Shown here piece after piece: positions 1-8,469 of a stretch of 37,471 nucleotides of DNA; within the stretch, counting starts at the first letter, position 1; every line of letters begins with the position of its first letter. The DNA is taken from contig JAPPFO010000237.1 of the NCBI GenBank assembly GCA_028875175.1, positions 1 to 37,471 on the forward strand, read 5' to 3'. Source of the DNA: Chloroflexota bacterium. Lineage in GTDB: Bacteria; Chloroflexota; UBA11872. The notes under the pieces are model-generated. The model saw only the letters and a list, made by a program, of their open reading frames with translations. It was not told the origin of the DNA and made no database searches. Both the position numbers and the translations under genes were made by a program.

Positions 1-51
1 TGTGTTCACCATGTCTCCGAACATGTGTTCATGATGTCCCCGGTCTGCACA
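1..51. mobile_element. Terminus of an IS481-like insertion sequence (rest lies outside the window)
   Basis: Two 19-nt imperfect direct repeats with 23-nt period (TGTGTTCACCATGTCTCCG 1-19; TGTGTTCATGATGTCCCCG 24-42) ending in GGTCTGCACA. A terminal ACA plus subterminal repeats is typical of IS481-type ends. Confidence 0.6.
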
Positions 52-560
52 AGGGCGAGGGAGAAAGAGCGGCGTCCTACAAAAGGAGTCTGACCATGTC
101 CCGAGCCGCGTCGTGGTCGGGGTGGGTGCCCGGAAGACCCCTCACCGATTTCGGGCGAAGACGCCCGAATCTGCCTCTCCCCCAGGAGAGGGGAAAGACC
201 GATGTCCCTTCGAATTAGGTGACACCTGAGATCTTTGCGTAACCCGGGAGTGGTTGCCCGAAAGAACCTCACCCCAACCCTCTCCCAGGGAGAGACCTTT
301 GCGTAACCCGAGCGTGGTTGCCCGGAAGACCCCTCACCGGTTTCGGCCGGGGACGGCCGAACCTGCCTCTCCCCTCGGAGAGGGTGAAGAGCGCCGCGCC
401 CCTTGGAGGTTGGAGTCCGTCCGCAGGCTCTGGCGCGTGGGTCAAGACCGGAAGACCCCTGAGCGTGACACTCTCGCCCAGGAGAGGGATTTAGTGACGG
501 CCATAGGTTTGAGGGCCAGCAGCGCTTTTGCAAAGGTCTTCAAGGGGAGCGAGAGCAAGA
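52..560. repeat. Cluster of REP-like palindromes (CCCTCACC...CCTCTCCC/GGAGAGGG) and MITE pieces
   Basis: Related units at ~52-62 (right arm only), 125-200, 256-291, 318-390 and 449-490; near-identical to 1746-1990. Confidence 0.85.
292..540. mobile_element. MITE copy 1 (~249 bp, IS5/IS1182-like ends)
   Basis: Left end GAGACCTTTGCGTAACCC at 292; right end TTTTGCAAAGGTCTT at 526-540; first ~100 nt almost identical to 1772-1870. Confidence 0.75.
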
Positions 561-576
561 GGCCTGCCGCTGTGAA

Positions 577-1647
577 TCAGGCGGCGGCAAGGGTTCGGGC
601 GAGTGTGACGGACTGCTGGAATACCGGATAGTGGGCGCCGCCGGTGAGGAGGTCGTCGAGGCGGAGGCGGGGCCGGGTGGGCGGTGGACGGCGGACGGCG
701 ACGTGGGTGATGGGGGCGAGGTCCGACTGACAGTCGACAACGATGTCCTCGGGCGACGGCATGTGGGCGAGGTAGCGGCTGGTTGGGGCGCTGAGCCGGA
801 CCATTTCAATCAGGACGTTCGGCGTTGACGACGGTTCACAGATGACATCGACCGCGTGGCCGTCGGACGCGAGACGCCAGCCCTGCGCCGTGCGGCGATC
901 CAGTCGCCAGCCAAGGCGCGACGCCATCCAGCCGACGAGCAGGAGGGCGGCGGCGTGGCCGCCCGGCGACTGCTGGACGGCCAACTCAACCGACCTGACA
1001 TGCTCCAAGTCGATGCGGGCGGCGGGCTGGTCGAAGGCCTGCGCGAACGCCTGGCGCCAGGCGAGCAGGCGAAGCCAGAGGGCATCGGTGACCCGGGCGT
1101 GGTGATCGGCGGTGACGACGTCGCCGAGCACCGCGAAGTCGGCGACAACGTCGGTCATGGCGCTGGAGTCGACCAGAATGCGATCGGCAATGTCGAGCAT
1201 GTCGTCGAACAGGTGATCGTCAGTGACGGCTGGCCCGTTCCACCAAACGACGGTGGGGACGCCGCTGGCGGACCAGCTGGCGGCGATGGCGGCGCCTTCC
1301 TCGAATGCGCGGCCCTGCAGGGCGGCGGTCAGCAGTTCGCCGCGGATCGCGGAGGCGCCGTCGGACCTACGTGCGGACAAGAGGCTGACGCGCACCGGGT
1401 CGGAACTCCGGGCGGTGTCGGGGTCATTGACGAGGGCGATGACGCGGCCGGGGTAGGCGGCGACGACGGGCTGGGTCTCGGCTTCGATTTCAGCCCAGCC
1501 GGTGGGCTCGGGATAGCGGGCGACGATGGTGGCGAGGAGCATCTGGGCGTTGAGCTCGGCGCCTGCGTCGGCGGCCTGGCGGGCGGCTTGTTCGCGGAGG
1601 CGGGCAAGAGTTGGGAGGGTGTCGGCGATGGTGGTGGTGAGGTTCAT
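577..1647 (-). CDS. opcA: Glucose-6-phosphate dehydrogenase assembly protein OpcA
   Basis: YPGRVI, VPTVVWW, ADRILVDS, DALWLRLLAWRQ and LLLVGWMASRLGW motifs; downstream of zwf. Confidence 0.85.
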   Translation of the reverse strand: MNLTTTIADTLPTLARLREQAARQAADAGAELNAQMLLATIVARYPEPTGWAEIEAETQPVVAAYPGRVIALVNDPDTARSSDPVRVSLLSARRSDGASAIRGELLTAALQGRAFEEGAAIAASWSASGVPTVVWWNGPAVTDDHLFDDMLDIADRILVDSSAMTDVVADFAVLGDVVTADHHARVTDALWLRLLAWRQAFAQAFDQPAARIDLEHVRSVELAVQQSPGGHAAALLLVGWMASRLGWRLDRRTAQGWRLASDGHAVDVICEPSSTPNVLIEMVRLSAPTSRYLAHMPSPEDIVVDCQSDLAPITHVAVRRPPPTRPRLRLDDLLTGGAHYPVFQQSVTLARTLAAA

Positions 1648-1745
1648 CAGAGGGCTAAAGGCAGTTCATTTGGACCAAAGATGGGACAAGAGGTACGGCG
1701 TCGGTCTTCTTGCGTTCGGGGATGAGGAGATGCCCGGAGTTTCGA

Positions 1746-1990
1746 CCCTCACCCCAGCCCTCTCCCTGCCAGAGACCTTTGCGTAACCCGAGGGCGGGTG
1801 CCCGGAAGACCCCTCACCGGTTTCGGCCGGGGACGGCCGAACCTGCCTCTCCCCCAGGAGAGGGTAAAGACCCGCGTCCCCTTGAAGAGATTGACACCGA
1901 ACACCGTCGCCTTCCCCCGGGTGGGAGTAAAAGCGTCCGCGAACTGGAGGGTCACGGGAGTTTCGCAAAGGTCTCTGCCAGGGAGAGGGA
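1746..1990. repeat. REP-like palindrome split by a MITE
   Basis: CCCTCACCCCAGCCCTCTCCC (1746-1766) and GGGAGAGGGA (1981-1990) are the two arms. Confidence 0.85.
1772..1975. mobile_element. MITE copy 2 (204 bp) with terminal inverted repeats and 5-bp target-site duplication
   Basis: 12-bp perfect TIR GAGACCTTTGCG / CGCAAAGGTCTC; TGCCA duplicated at 1767-1771 and 1976-1980; no transposase ORF. Confidence 0.9.
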
Positions 1991-2045
1991 GGAAGAGGCG
2001 TGTGATTCCCTAGATGCTTTCGAGCAGCGAAGGCGCCGGGGGCGC

Positions 2046-3602
2046 TCACAGGCGGCGCCAGCGGAAGCCGTCGGCTCGGAGGAGGTCGCCGGCCTGGCGG
2101 GGGCCCCAGCGGCCGGCTTCGTAGGTGGGGAGGCGGGAGACGGGGTCGCCTTCCCAGGCTTCGAGGATAGGCATGACGGCGCGCCAGGCGGCTTCGGTTT
2201 CGTCGCGGCGAATGAAGAGGGTCTGGTCGCCGAGCATCACGTCGAGCAGCAGGCGTTCGTAGGCGTCGGGGGACTCCTCGGCGAAGCTCTGGCCGTAGCC
2301 AAAGTCCATGCGGACCGGGCGGACGCGCATGCCGAGCCCGGGCTGCTTGGCCTCGAAGGTGATGGACACGCCTTCGTCGGGCTGGATGCGCAGGGCCAGT
2401 ACGTTGGGCGGCACGCCGTCGGGGTTGGATTCGCCGAAGAGCAGGTGGGGGACTTCGTTGAACTGGATGGCGATTTCACTGGCGCGCTTGGCGAGGCGCT
2501 TGCCGCTGCGCAGGTAGAAGGGGACGCCCTTCCAGCGCCAGTTATCAATGAAGAAGCGAGAGGCAAAGTAGGTCTCGGTGGTGGAGTCGGGAGCCACGCC
2601 GTCCTCGTCGCGATAGGCGGGGACTTCCCGGCCTTCGACGAAGCCGGCGCCGTAGGACGCGCGCATGACGTTGCTGGCGACCTGGTCGGGTTCGAGGTGG
2701 CGCAGGGCGCGGAGGACCTTGACCTTTTCGTCGCGGATGGAGTCGGCCTGGAAGTCAACGGGCGGCTCCATGGCCACGAGGGCGAAGAGCTGCATGATGT
2801 GGTTCTGGACCATGTCGCGAAGGACGCCGGCTTCCTCGTAGTAGGTACCGCGACCCTCGAGGCCGACGGATTCCGCCACGGTAATTTGTACGGAGTCGAT
2901 GTAGCGGCGGTTCCAGACCGGTTCGAAGATGACGTTGGCAAAGCGCAGGACAAGGACGTTCTGGACGGTTTCCTTACCCAGATAGTGGTCGATGCGGTAG
3001 ATCTGCGATTCGTCGAAGACGTCGTTGGCGATCGCATTGAGGTCCAGGGCGGTGGCGAGGTCGCGGCCGAACGGCTTCTCGATGACGATGCGCGTCGTGC
3101 CGGGGCCGCGGTTGAGGCCGGTTTCGCCGAGCAGGCGGATGATCTCGGGGAAGAGGCTGGGCTGGGTGGCGAGGTAGAAGATGCGGTTGCCGCCGGTGCC
3201 GTGGCGGGTCTCGATATCGGCCAGCTCACGCTTCAGGTCTTCGTAGCCCGCGTGGGTGCTGAAGTCGCCACGGACGTAGTAGAGGCCCTGCTGGAAGGCG
3301 TTCCAGAGTTCGGGGTCGGGCTTGCCGGTGCGGGAGAAGCTGGTGGTGGCTTCGAGTTGGCGAGCCCGGTAACTCTCGTCGTCCATCGGGCGGCGACCCA
3401 GGCCGACGACGGCAAGGGACGACGGCAGCAGGGCGTTGCGTTCGAGGTTGTAGAGGGCGGGAATGAGCTTGCGGGCGGCGAGGTCGCCGGAGCCGCCGAA
3501 GATGATGAGGGTGTGACCGGGGGGAGCCTCCTGGAATGACAGGCCTTCACGTAGCGGATTGACTCCAAGCGCGGCGTCTAAGGCCTGGCCGTTCGTGCTC
3601 AT
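2046..3602 (-). CDS. zwf: Glucose-6-phosphate 1-dehydrogenase
   Basis: IFGGSGDLA, EKPFG, RIDHYLGKE and RDMVQNH motifs; start reassigned to ATG 3602 (MSTNGQ). Confidence 0.97.
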   Translation of the reverse strand: MSTNGQALDAALGVNPLREGLSFQEAPPGHTLIIFGGSGDLAARKLIPALYNLERNALLPSSLAVVGLGRRPMDDESYRARQLEATTSFSRTGKPDPELWNAFQQGLYYVRGDFSTHAGYEDLKRELADIETRHGTGGNRIFYLATQPSLFPEIIRLLGETGLNRGPGTTRIVIEKPFGRDLATALDLNAIANDVFDESQIYRIDHYLGKETVQNVLVLRFANVIFEPVWNRRYIDSVQITVAESVGLEGRGTYYEEAGVLRDMVQNHIMQLFALVAMEPPVDFQADSIRDEKVKVLRALRHLEPDQVASNVMRASYGAGFVEGREVPAYRDEDGVAPDSTTETYFASRFFIDNWRWKGVPFYLRSGKRLAKRASEIAIQFNEVPHLLFGESNPDGVPPNVLALRIQPDEGVSITFEAKQPGLGMRVRPVRMDFGYGQSFAEESPDAYERLLLDVMLGDQTLFIRRDETEAAWRAVMPILEAWEGDPVSRLPTYEAGRWGPRQAGDLLRADGFRWRRL

Positions 3603-3615
3603 GGGAAATGCTCCG

Positions 3616-5325
3616 TCAAGCGGAAGTGATCTGGTCCAGGGCGGTGCGAAGGGCGGAGGCCACGGTTTCGAGGTCGGTGGACGAGTCGCCGAGATGCAGG
3701 CGGAGGCGGCGGCGTTCGCGGGCGGCGAGGGATTCCAGGTCACCGATGGCTTGCGCGTCGATGAGCGTGCCGAAGGTGTAGCCGCGGGCAGGGACGTCAA
3801 CATCATCCTGGTGATCGGCGGTGATCTGCAGGAACACACCGCTGTCGGGGCCGCCCTTGTGCAACTGGCCGGTGGAGTGCAGGAAGCGGGGACCGTAGCC
3901 GAGGGTGACGGCACGATGCAGGGCGTCGCGGAGCAGGGCCTGAATAGTGCGCAGGCCGGCGTCGTGAGCGGGCGTGCGGTCGACGTAGGCCTGGATGGAG
4001 ATGTAGTCGCCGCGGCGGACGGAGCTGAGCCAACCGGTGAGGGCGGTGGTGAGGTCGGGGGCCTGGCTGCCGGCGGCGAGCACGCCGTTGGCGCTGGGGC
4101 CGGCGGGGATTTCGAACGGCTCGCCGGAGGCAGTGATCTGGCCGAGGACGCGGTCCGTGTTGTCCTTGCTCTCGGCGACGCTGGGCTGGTCGAATGGATT
4201 TATGTCAAGCAGCGAGCCGGCCACCGCGGTGGCGAGTTCCCAGGTGAGGAAGTGGGCGCCGATGTCGTGCGGATCGTCCAGCGGGAGGGTGATGACCGGG
4301 TGGCCGGCGTTGGCGAGAGCTTCGAGGCGGGCGCAGCGGCCGTCGTCGGGGTCGCCGGCCAGGGCGAGTTCCACGAAGACACGATCGTTGTCGTACATGC
4401 AGGGGTCGCCCAGCGGCTCGCCGTCGACCGGCACGATGCCCTGGCCTTCCTTTCCGGTGCTCTCAGCGACGAGCTGCTCGACCCAGGCGCCGACGGGCCG
4501 AAGGGAGGCGGAGGGTACGAGCGTGAGTTTGTTCCGCCCCGCCCCGGCGAGTGCACCGAGCGCCACGCCGATGGTGACGGGCGGGTTGGTGCTGACCGAG
4601 GGGTTGGCGGCAGAAGATTGACCGGCGGCTATGGCGCGATCGAGCAGCGGCTCCAGGTCAATGCCGGCGAGCGCCGCGGGGACGAGTCCGAAGAAGGACA
4701 GCGCGGAGTAACGGCCGCCGATGTCAGGCGGGTTGAGGAAGACGCGGGCGTAGGCGTGGTCCTGGGCGAGCGAGGCGAGGCTGGTTCCGGGATCGGTGAT
4801 GGCGACGAAGTGGCGGCCTGGCGACTCAGCGCCGGCGGCGGCGTAGCGGGACCAGAAGTACTCGGCGAGAGTGGCGGTTTCCAGGGTGCCGCCGGACTTG
4901 CTGGCGACGATGAACAGTGACCGGTCGAGGTCAAGATCAGACTCGACGCGGCGGATGGCGGCGGGGTCGGTGGTGTCGAGGACCGTGAGTTGGGGCGAGC
5001 CCTCGGCCTGCGGGATGACGGAGGCCATGACCTCGGGGGCGAGGCTGCTGCCGCCCATGCCAAGGAGGACCACGTCGTCGACCTGTTGAGCGATCTCGGC
5101 GCTCCAGGCGGAGAGGTCGTCAACGCCGGCTCGCATGGATTCGGCCACGCGCAGCCAGCCGAGGCTGTCAGCAATCTGGTTTTGGACGAGGGGGTTCTGG
5201 GTCCAGAGGGAGAGATCGGCGGCCCAAAGACGACGGGCGACGTCGTTGGCCTGGGCGCGATCCAAGGCTTCGGCAACGGCATCAGTCGCCGGGCCAAAGC
5301 GAGCGGTGGGACCCTCGCCGGACAT
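3616..5325 (-). CDS. pgi: Glucose-6-phosphate isomerase (type found as the C-terminal half of Tal-Pgi fusions)
   Basis: GMGGSSL, SKSGGTLET, IGGRYSALS, QLVAESTGKEG, INPFDQP and GPRFLHSTGQLHKGGP motifs; GAGG RBS. Confidence 0.92.
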   Translation of the reverse strand: MSGEGPTARFGPATDAVAEALDRAQANDVARRLWAADLSLWTQNPLVQNQIADSLGWLRVAESMRAGVDDLSAWSAEIAQQVDDVVLLGMGGSSLAPEVMASVIPQAEGSPQLTVLDTTDPAAIRRVESDLDLDRSLFIVASKSGGTLETATLAEYFWSRYAAAGAESPGRHFVAITDPGTSLASLAQDHAYARVFLNPPDIGGRYSALSFFGLVPAALAGIDLEPLLDRAIAAGQSSAANPSVSTNPPVTIGVALGALAGAGRNKLTLVPSASLRPVGAWVEQLVAESTGKEGQGIVPVDGEPLGDPCMYDNDRVFVELALAGDPDDGRCARLEALANAGHPVITLPLDDPHDIGAHFLTWELATAVAGSLLDINPFDQPSVAESKDNTDRVLGQITASGEPFEIPAGPSANGVLAAGSQAPDLTTALTGWLSSVRRGDYISIQAYVDRTPAHDAGLRTIQALLRDALHRAVTLGYGPRFLHSTGQLHKGGPDSGVFLQITADHQDDVDVPARGYTFGTLIDAQAIGDLESLAARERRRLRLHLGDSSTDLETVASALRTALDQITSA

Positions 5326-5343
5326 TGCGGCCTCAGTTCCAGG

Positions 5344-6471
5344 CTAGGAGGCGAGCGCCCCCGCCTTGGCCTCCAGGTCTTGCAGGAGGTCGTCGTAGGA
5401 GTCGATGAACTTCTGGACGCCCTCTTCCTGGAGCTGGTCCATGATGGCGTCGAGGTCGACGCCCAGGGCGGCGAGCCGCTCAAGGACGCCGCTCCAGTAG
5501 TCGGGGTCGCTGCTTACGGTGGACTGCACCTCGCCCTGCTCGCGGAAGGCGTCCATGGTGACCGAGGGCATGGTGTTGACGGTTTTGGGGCCGATGAGCT
5601 CGTCCACGTAGAGGGTGGGCGGGTACTCGGGATTCTTGGTGCTGGTGCTGGCCCAGAGCGGGCGCTGGGGCTGGGCGCCGTCGGCGGCCAGGGCCTGGTA
5701 GCGCTCGGAGGCGGAGATCTCCTCGAAGATCTCGTAGACGGCCTTGGAGTTGGCGATGGCGGCCTTGCCGAGGAGGGAGCGGATTTCATCGGCGTCGCCC
5801 GGGCGTTCCGCCAGGAGTGCTTCGAGCTGGGCATCAACGGCAGTGTCGATGCGGCTGACGAAGGTGCTGGCCACGGAGGCAACATCGTCCACCGGTTTGC
5901 CGGCAGCCGCGCGGTTTTCGAGGGCGCTGAGATAAGCATCGACCACGCCGCGGTAGACGGCCTGGGCGAAGATGAGGGTGATGTTGACGTTGACGCCTTC
6001 GCTGATCAGGGTCTCGACCGCGGGTAAACCGGCGGGCGTGGCGGGGACCTTGATCATGAGGTTTGGGCGGTTCACCGAGGCGAGCAGGCGGCGGGCTTCT
6101 TCGACCGTGCCCTCGGTGTCGTGGGCCAGGCGCGGGGAGACTTCCAGGCTGACGAAGCCGTCGGTCATGCCCGATTCGTCGAAGACCGGGCGCAGCACGT
6201 CGCAGGCGGCGGCGATGTCGTCAACGGCGATGGCCTCGAACATCTCCTCGGGCGAGAAGCCCTGGGCGCCGAGACGGCGGATGTCCTCGTCGTAGGTGTC
6301 GCTGCCCTTGATGGCCTCCTGGAAGATCGTGGGGTTGGAGGTCATGCCGCGGACGCCCTCTTCGGCGACCAGGCGGGCGAGTTCTCCAGAGTCGACCAGG
6401 TCCCGGCTGAGGAAGTCCAGCCAGACGCTTTGACCGTGCGCATGGAGTTCGTGCAGCGGGGTTTGAGACAT
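5344..6471 (-). CDS. tal: Transaldolase
   Basis: GQSVWLD, TSNPTIF, VSLEVSP, MIKVPAT, NVNITLIF, FVSRID and RPLWASTSTKNP motifs; ATG 6471 preceded by GAGGT. Confidence 0.95.
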   Translation of the reverse strand: MSQTPLHELHAHGQSVWLDFLSRDLVDSGELARLVAEEGVRGMTSNPTIFQEAIKGSDTYDEDIRRLGAQGFSPEEMFEAIAVDDIAAACDVLRPVFDESGMTDGFVSLEVSPRLAHDTEGTVEEARRLLASVNRPNLMIKVPATPAGLPAVETLISEGVNVNITLIFAQAVYRGVVDAYLSALENRAAAGKPVDDVASVASTFVSRIDTAVDAQLEALLAERPGDADEIRSLLGKAAIANSKAVYEIFEEISASERYQALAADGAQPQRPLWASTSTKNPEYPPTLYVDELIGPKTVNTMPSVTMDAFREQGEVQSTVSSDPDYWSGVLERLAALGVDLDAIMDQLQEEGVQKFIDSYDDLLQDLEAKAGALAS

Positions 6472-6556
6472 CGAAACCTCCGGGGCCGGAGCAGCGTTGG
6501 TCGGCCGAGGTCGAGCGTGCAAGCGGGTGGCTTACACGGGTACGTCTGCTACAGCA

Positions 6557-6565
6557 ATCGTACCA
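6557..6565 (-). promoter_or_regulatory. Putative extended -10 promoter (TGgTACGAT) for tal-pgi-zwf
   Basis: TGnTAnnnT match ~85 nt upstream of the tal start. Confidence 0.45.
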
Positions 6566-6827
6566 ACGGGACCGCCGACGGCCTTCGGTCGTAGGCGTTG
6601 AGATCAGGCTGCCTTAATCAGGAAGGGATAGCAGGCACGGCACGATCCTCCGAAGGCGCGGCTATCGCGGCATGCCCCGTGTGTTGGGGCCCGGTGGTTT
6701 AGCGATGGCCGCTAGGGCGTAGCTCTCGGGCGCCTGCCAGGCCCCGGGACTCGCGGCTTCGGAAACTCCCGCATTGCCCTTGGTTGGCAGGGAACGAGCG
6801 TCGTCAGCAGCACCCGACGCCCACGTA

Positions 6828-8345
6828 TCAGGGCGCGACGTAGCCGAAACCGATAGGAAGAACGACCAAGACCATAGCAATGAGCCCGGCAAAAATGAGC
6901 GCGCTCACTCGGACCGACGGCCAGAACGAGTCGCGCCAGAAGCGCGCTGGCGGGGCTGCGAGCCCGCGCCATACAAGCGTGGCGACAAACAGCGACACAT
7001 AGGCCATGAGAACCACGTCGCCAATCAGAAACAATCGGCGCGGATCACGCACGAGCAGGTCTTGGACGATCTGTGCGCCCGAACCGACCGAGTAGATTCC
7101 CATCGCGAGCTGTCGCGACTGCGGGACGCCGTCCACCATGACGTCGCCAAGGGGCCCGGCACTTTCACCCATCAATCCGAGATGTACACGATGTGACGAC
7201 TCGCTGACGATCACCAGGTTGAACTGTTCACCCCGGTTGCCGCGGACCGGTTCGAATTCGATGCGATTAATGGCGGGGCTGGACCGGTTCCCGCGCACCT
7301 CACCTCTGGTCGAGGCCGGGCGCCCGCCCTGGACGGGCACGAGGCTGACGAGAATGGTGGCGTGGTCGTCCTTCCCATCCGCGTCCTCGAGGTAGCCCCA
7401 GAGATCCAGCGCGGTCAGATTGCCGAGATGGGCCTGAACCGGTTGCTCAACTCGCGAGGTGGGGCTTGCGTAGGCGTTGGGGCGCATCCAGCCGGCTTCC
7501 TCCCATTCGTAGTCCGCGAGCAAGGCGGGAATACTCGCGGCGATTACGGCCACTGTCACCCCGAGGGCAGCCCACCGCACAAATGGAGTGCCCTGGCGCC
7601 GCCTGCCGTCAACGCTCACTGAGTGCCGGGTTACGAGCGTCTCGAAGAAAACCACAGCCAGGATCGCGCCGGCCATGATCTCCGACGCGTCGTCAAGATA
7701 GGTCCCCCACCAATGCGTCGTTCCGTACAGGACGCCGAAGCCGTCGCGAAGGATCGCGCCGATACCAAGCGCAACCGCCAGTGCGGTCAGTAGCAAGAGC
7801 GCCGGTTTTCGGCGAAACGACGTAAAGACGACCCATCCCGACAGCACGGCAAATGGGAAGGTAAGCACCATCACTACGGCCGCCCAATGAATGCCGCCCG
7901 GAAGGTCAGCGAGGTTCAATCTCGCGAGAATGAGCTGATATTGATCCCATTGCTTTAATGAGTCCTTGATGCTTGCGGCTTCTTCCCAGGCAATGAGCGC
8001 GGCGAAAAGCGCAACGGCGATCCAGCCGAGAACCCAGAGCCAGCGAGGATGCCGCTCGGCAGGCGGCGGGCGGACCAATTGCGCCGCTGCCAGGACAGCA
8101 ACCGCTGCCCAAAGGCCGCTCGCATACCAGTTGGCCGCCGATTGCTCGCTGTCCAGGTTCAGGTGCTCGAACCACTCATAGAACCCAGGCCATAACCAGC
8201 CGGACGCAAAGAAGGCCAGTGGCAGGGTGAGCGCGACGTTCCCGGCCAAGAACACCACGCTGAGCCAGGCCCGGGTCCGCGGATGCCTAACGGAAAGCGT
8301 CCTGATCACGGGGCTTTTGGTGCGTGCATCCGACTCGCCTGACAA
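6828..8345 (-). CDS. Multi-pass membrane protein of unknown function with a soluble beta-rich insert
   Basis: 505-aa ORF: about 8 N-terminal hydrophobic helices, a ~150-aa hydrophilic domain and 2 C-terminal helices; TTG start uncertain. Confidence 0.75.
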   Translation of the reverse strand: MSGESDARTKSPVIRTLSVRHPRTRAWLSVVFLAGNVALTLPLAFFASGWLWPGFYEWFEHLNLDSEQSAANWYASGLWAAVAVLAAAQLVRPPPAERHPRWLWVLGWIAVALFAALIAWEEAASIKDSLKQWDQYQLILARLNLADLPGGIHWAAVVMVLTFPFAVLSGWVVFTSFRRKPALLLLTALAVALGIGAILRDGFGVLYGTTHWWGTYLDDASEIMAGAILAVVFFETLVTRHSVSVDGRRRQGTPFVRWAALGVTVAVIAASIPALLADYEWEEAGWMRPNAYASPTSRVEQPVQAHLGNLTALDLWGYLEDADGKDDHATILVSLVPVQGGRPASTRGEVRGNRSSPAINRIEFEPVRGNRGEQFNLVIVSESSHRVHLGLMGESAGPLGDVMVDGVPQSRQLAMGIYSVGSGAQIVQDLLVRDPRRLFLIGDVVLMAYVSLFVATLVWRGLAAPPARFWRDSFWPSVRVSALIFAGLIAMVLVVLPIGFGYVAP

Positions 8346-8469
8346 GCCGCTGAGTGTGCCCAGCGACTAAAGGGCTGGCAAACGCTGATACGGGCACCGG
8401 CGACACAGGTCGGACGGGGACATCAACGCGGCGCCGGTCCCCAGGCAAGCCGGCGAAACGGCGAGCTGG

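Noticed and set aside
52-560. CRISPR array
   Set aside because: Repeats are irregular in length and spacing, nested and REP/MITE-like; no cas genes in the window.
6-631. ORFs 6..533 and 254..631 (and the similar 1666..2049)
   Set aside because: They are translations of the repeat elements with no protein motifs or transposase features.
1710-6027. Long plus-strand ORFs (609, 453 and 345 aa)
   Set aside because: Antisense shadows of zwf, pgi and tal, as expected in high-GC DNA.
6600-6827. Riboswitch or ncRNA upstream of tal
   Set aside because: Some stems are present but no recognisable family motif; such pairing is common at this GC content.
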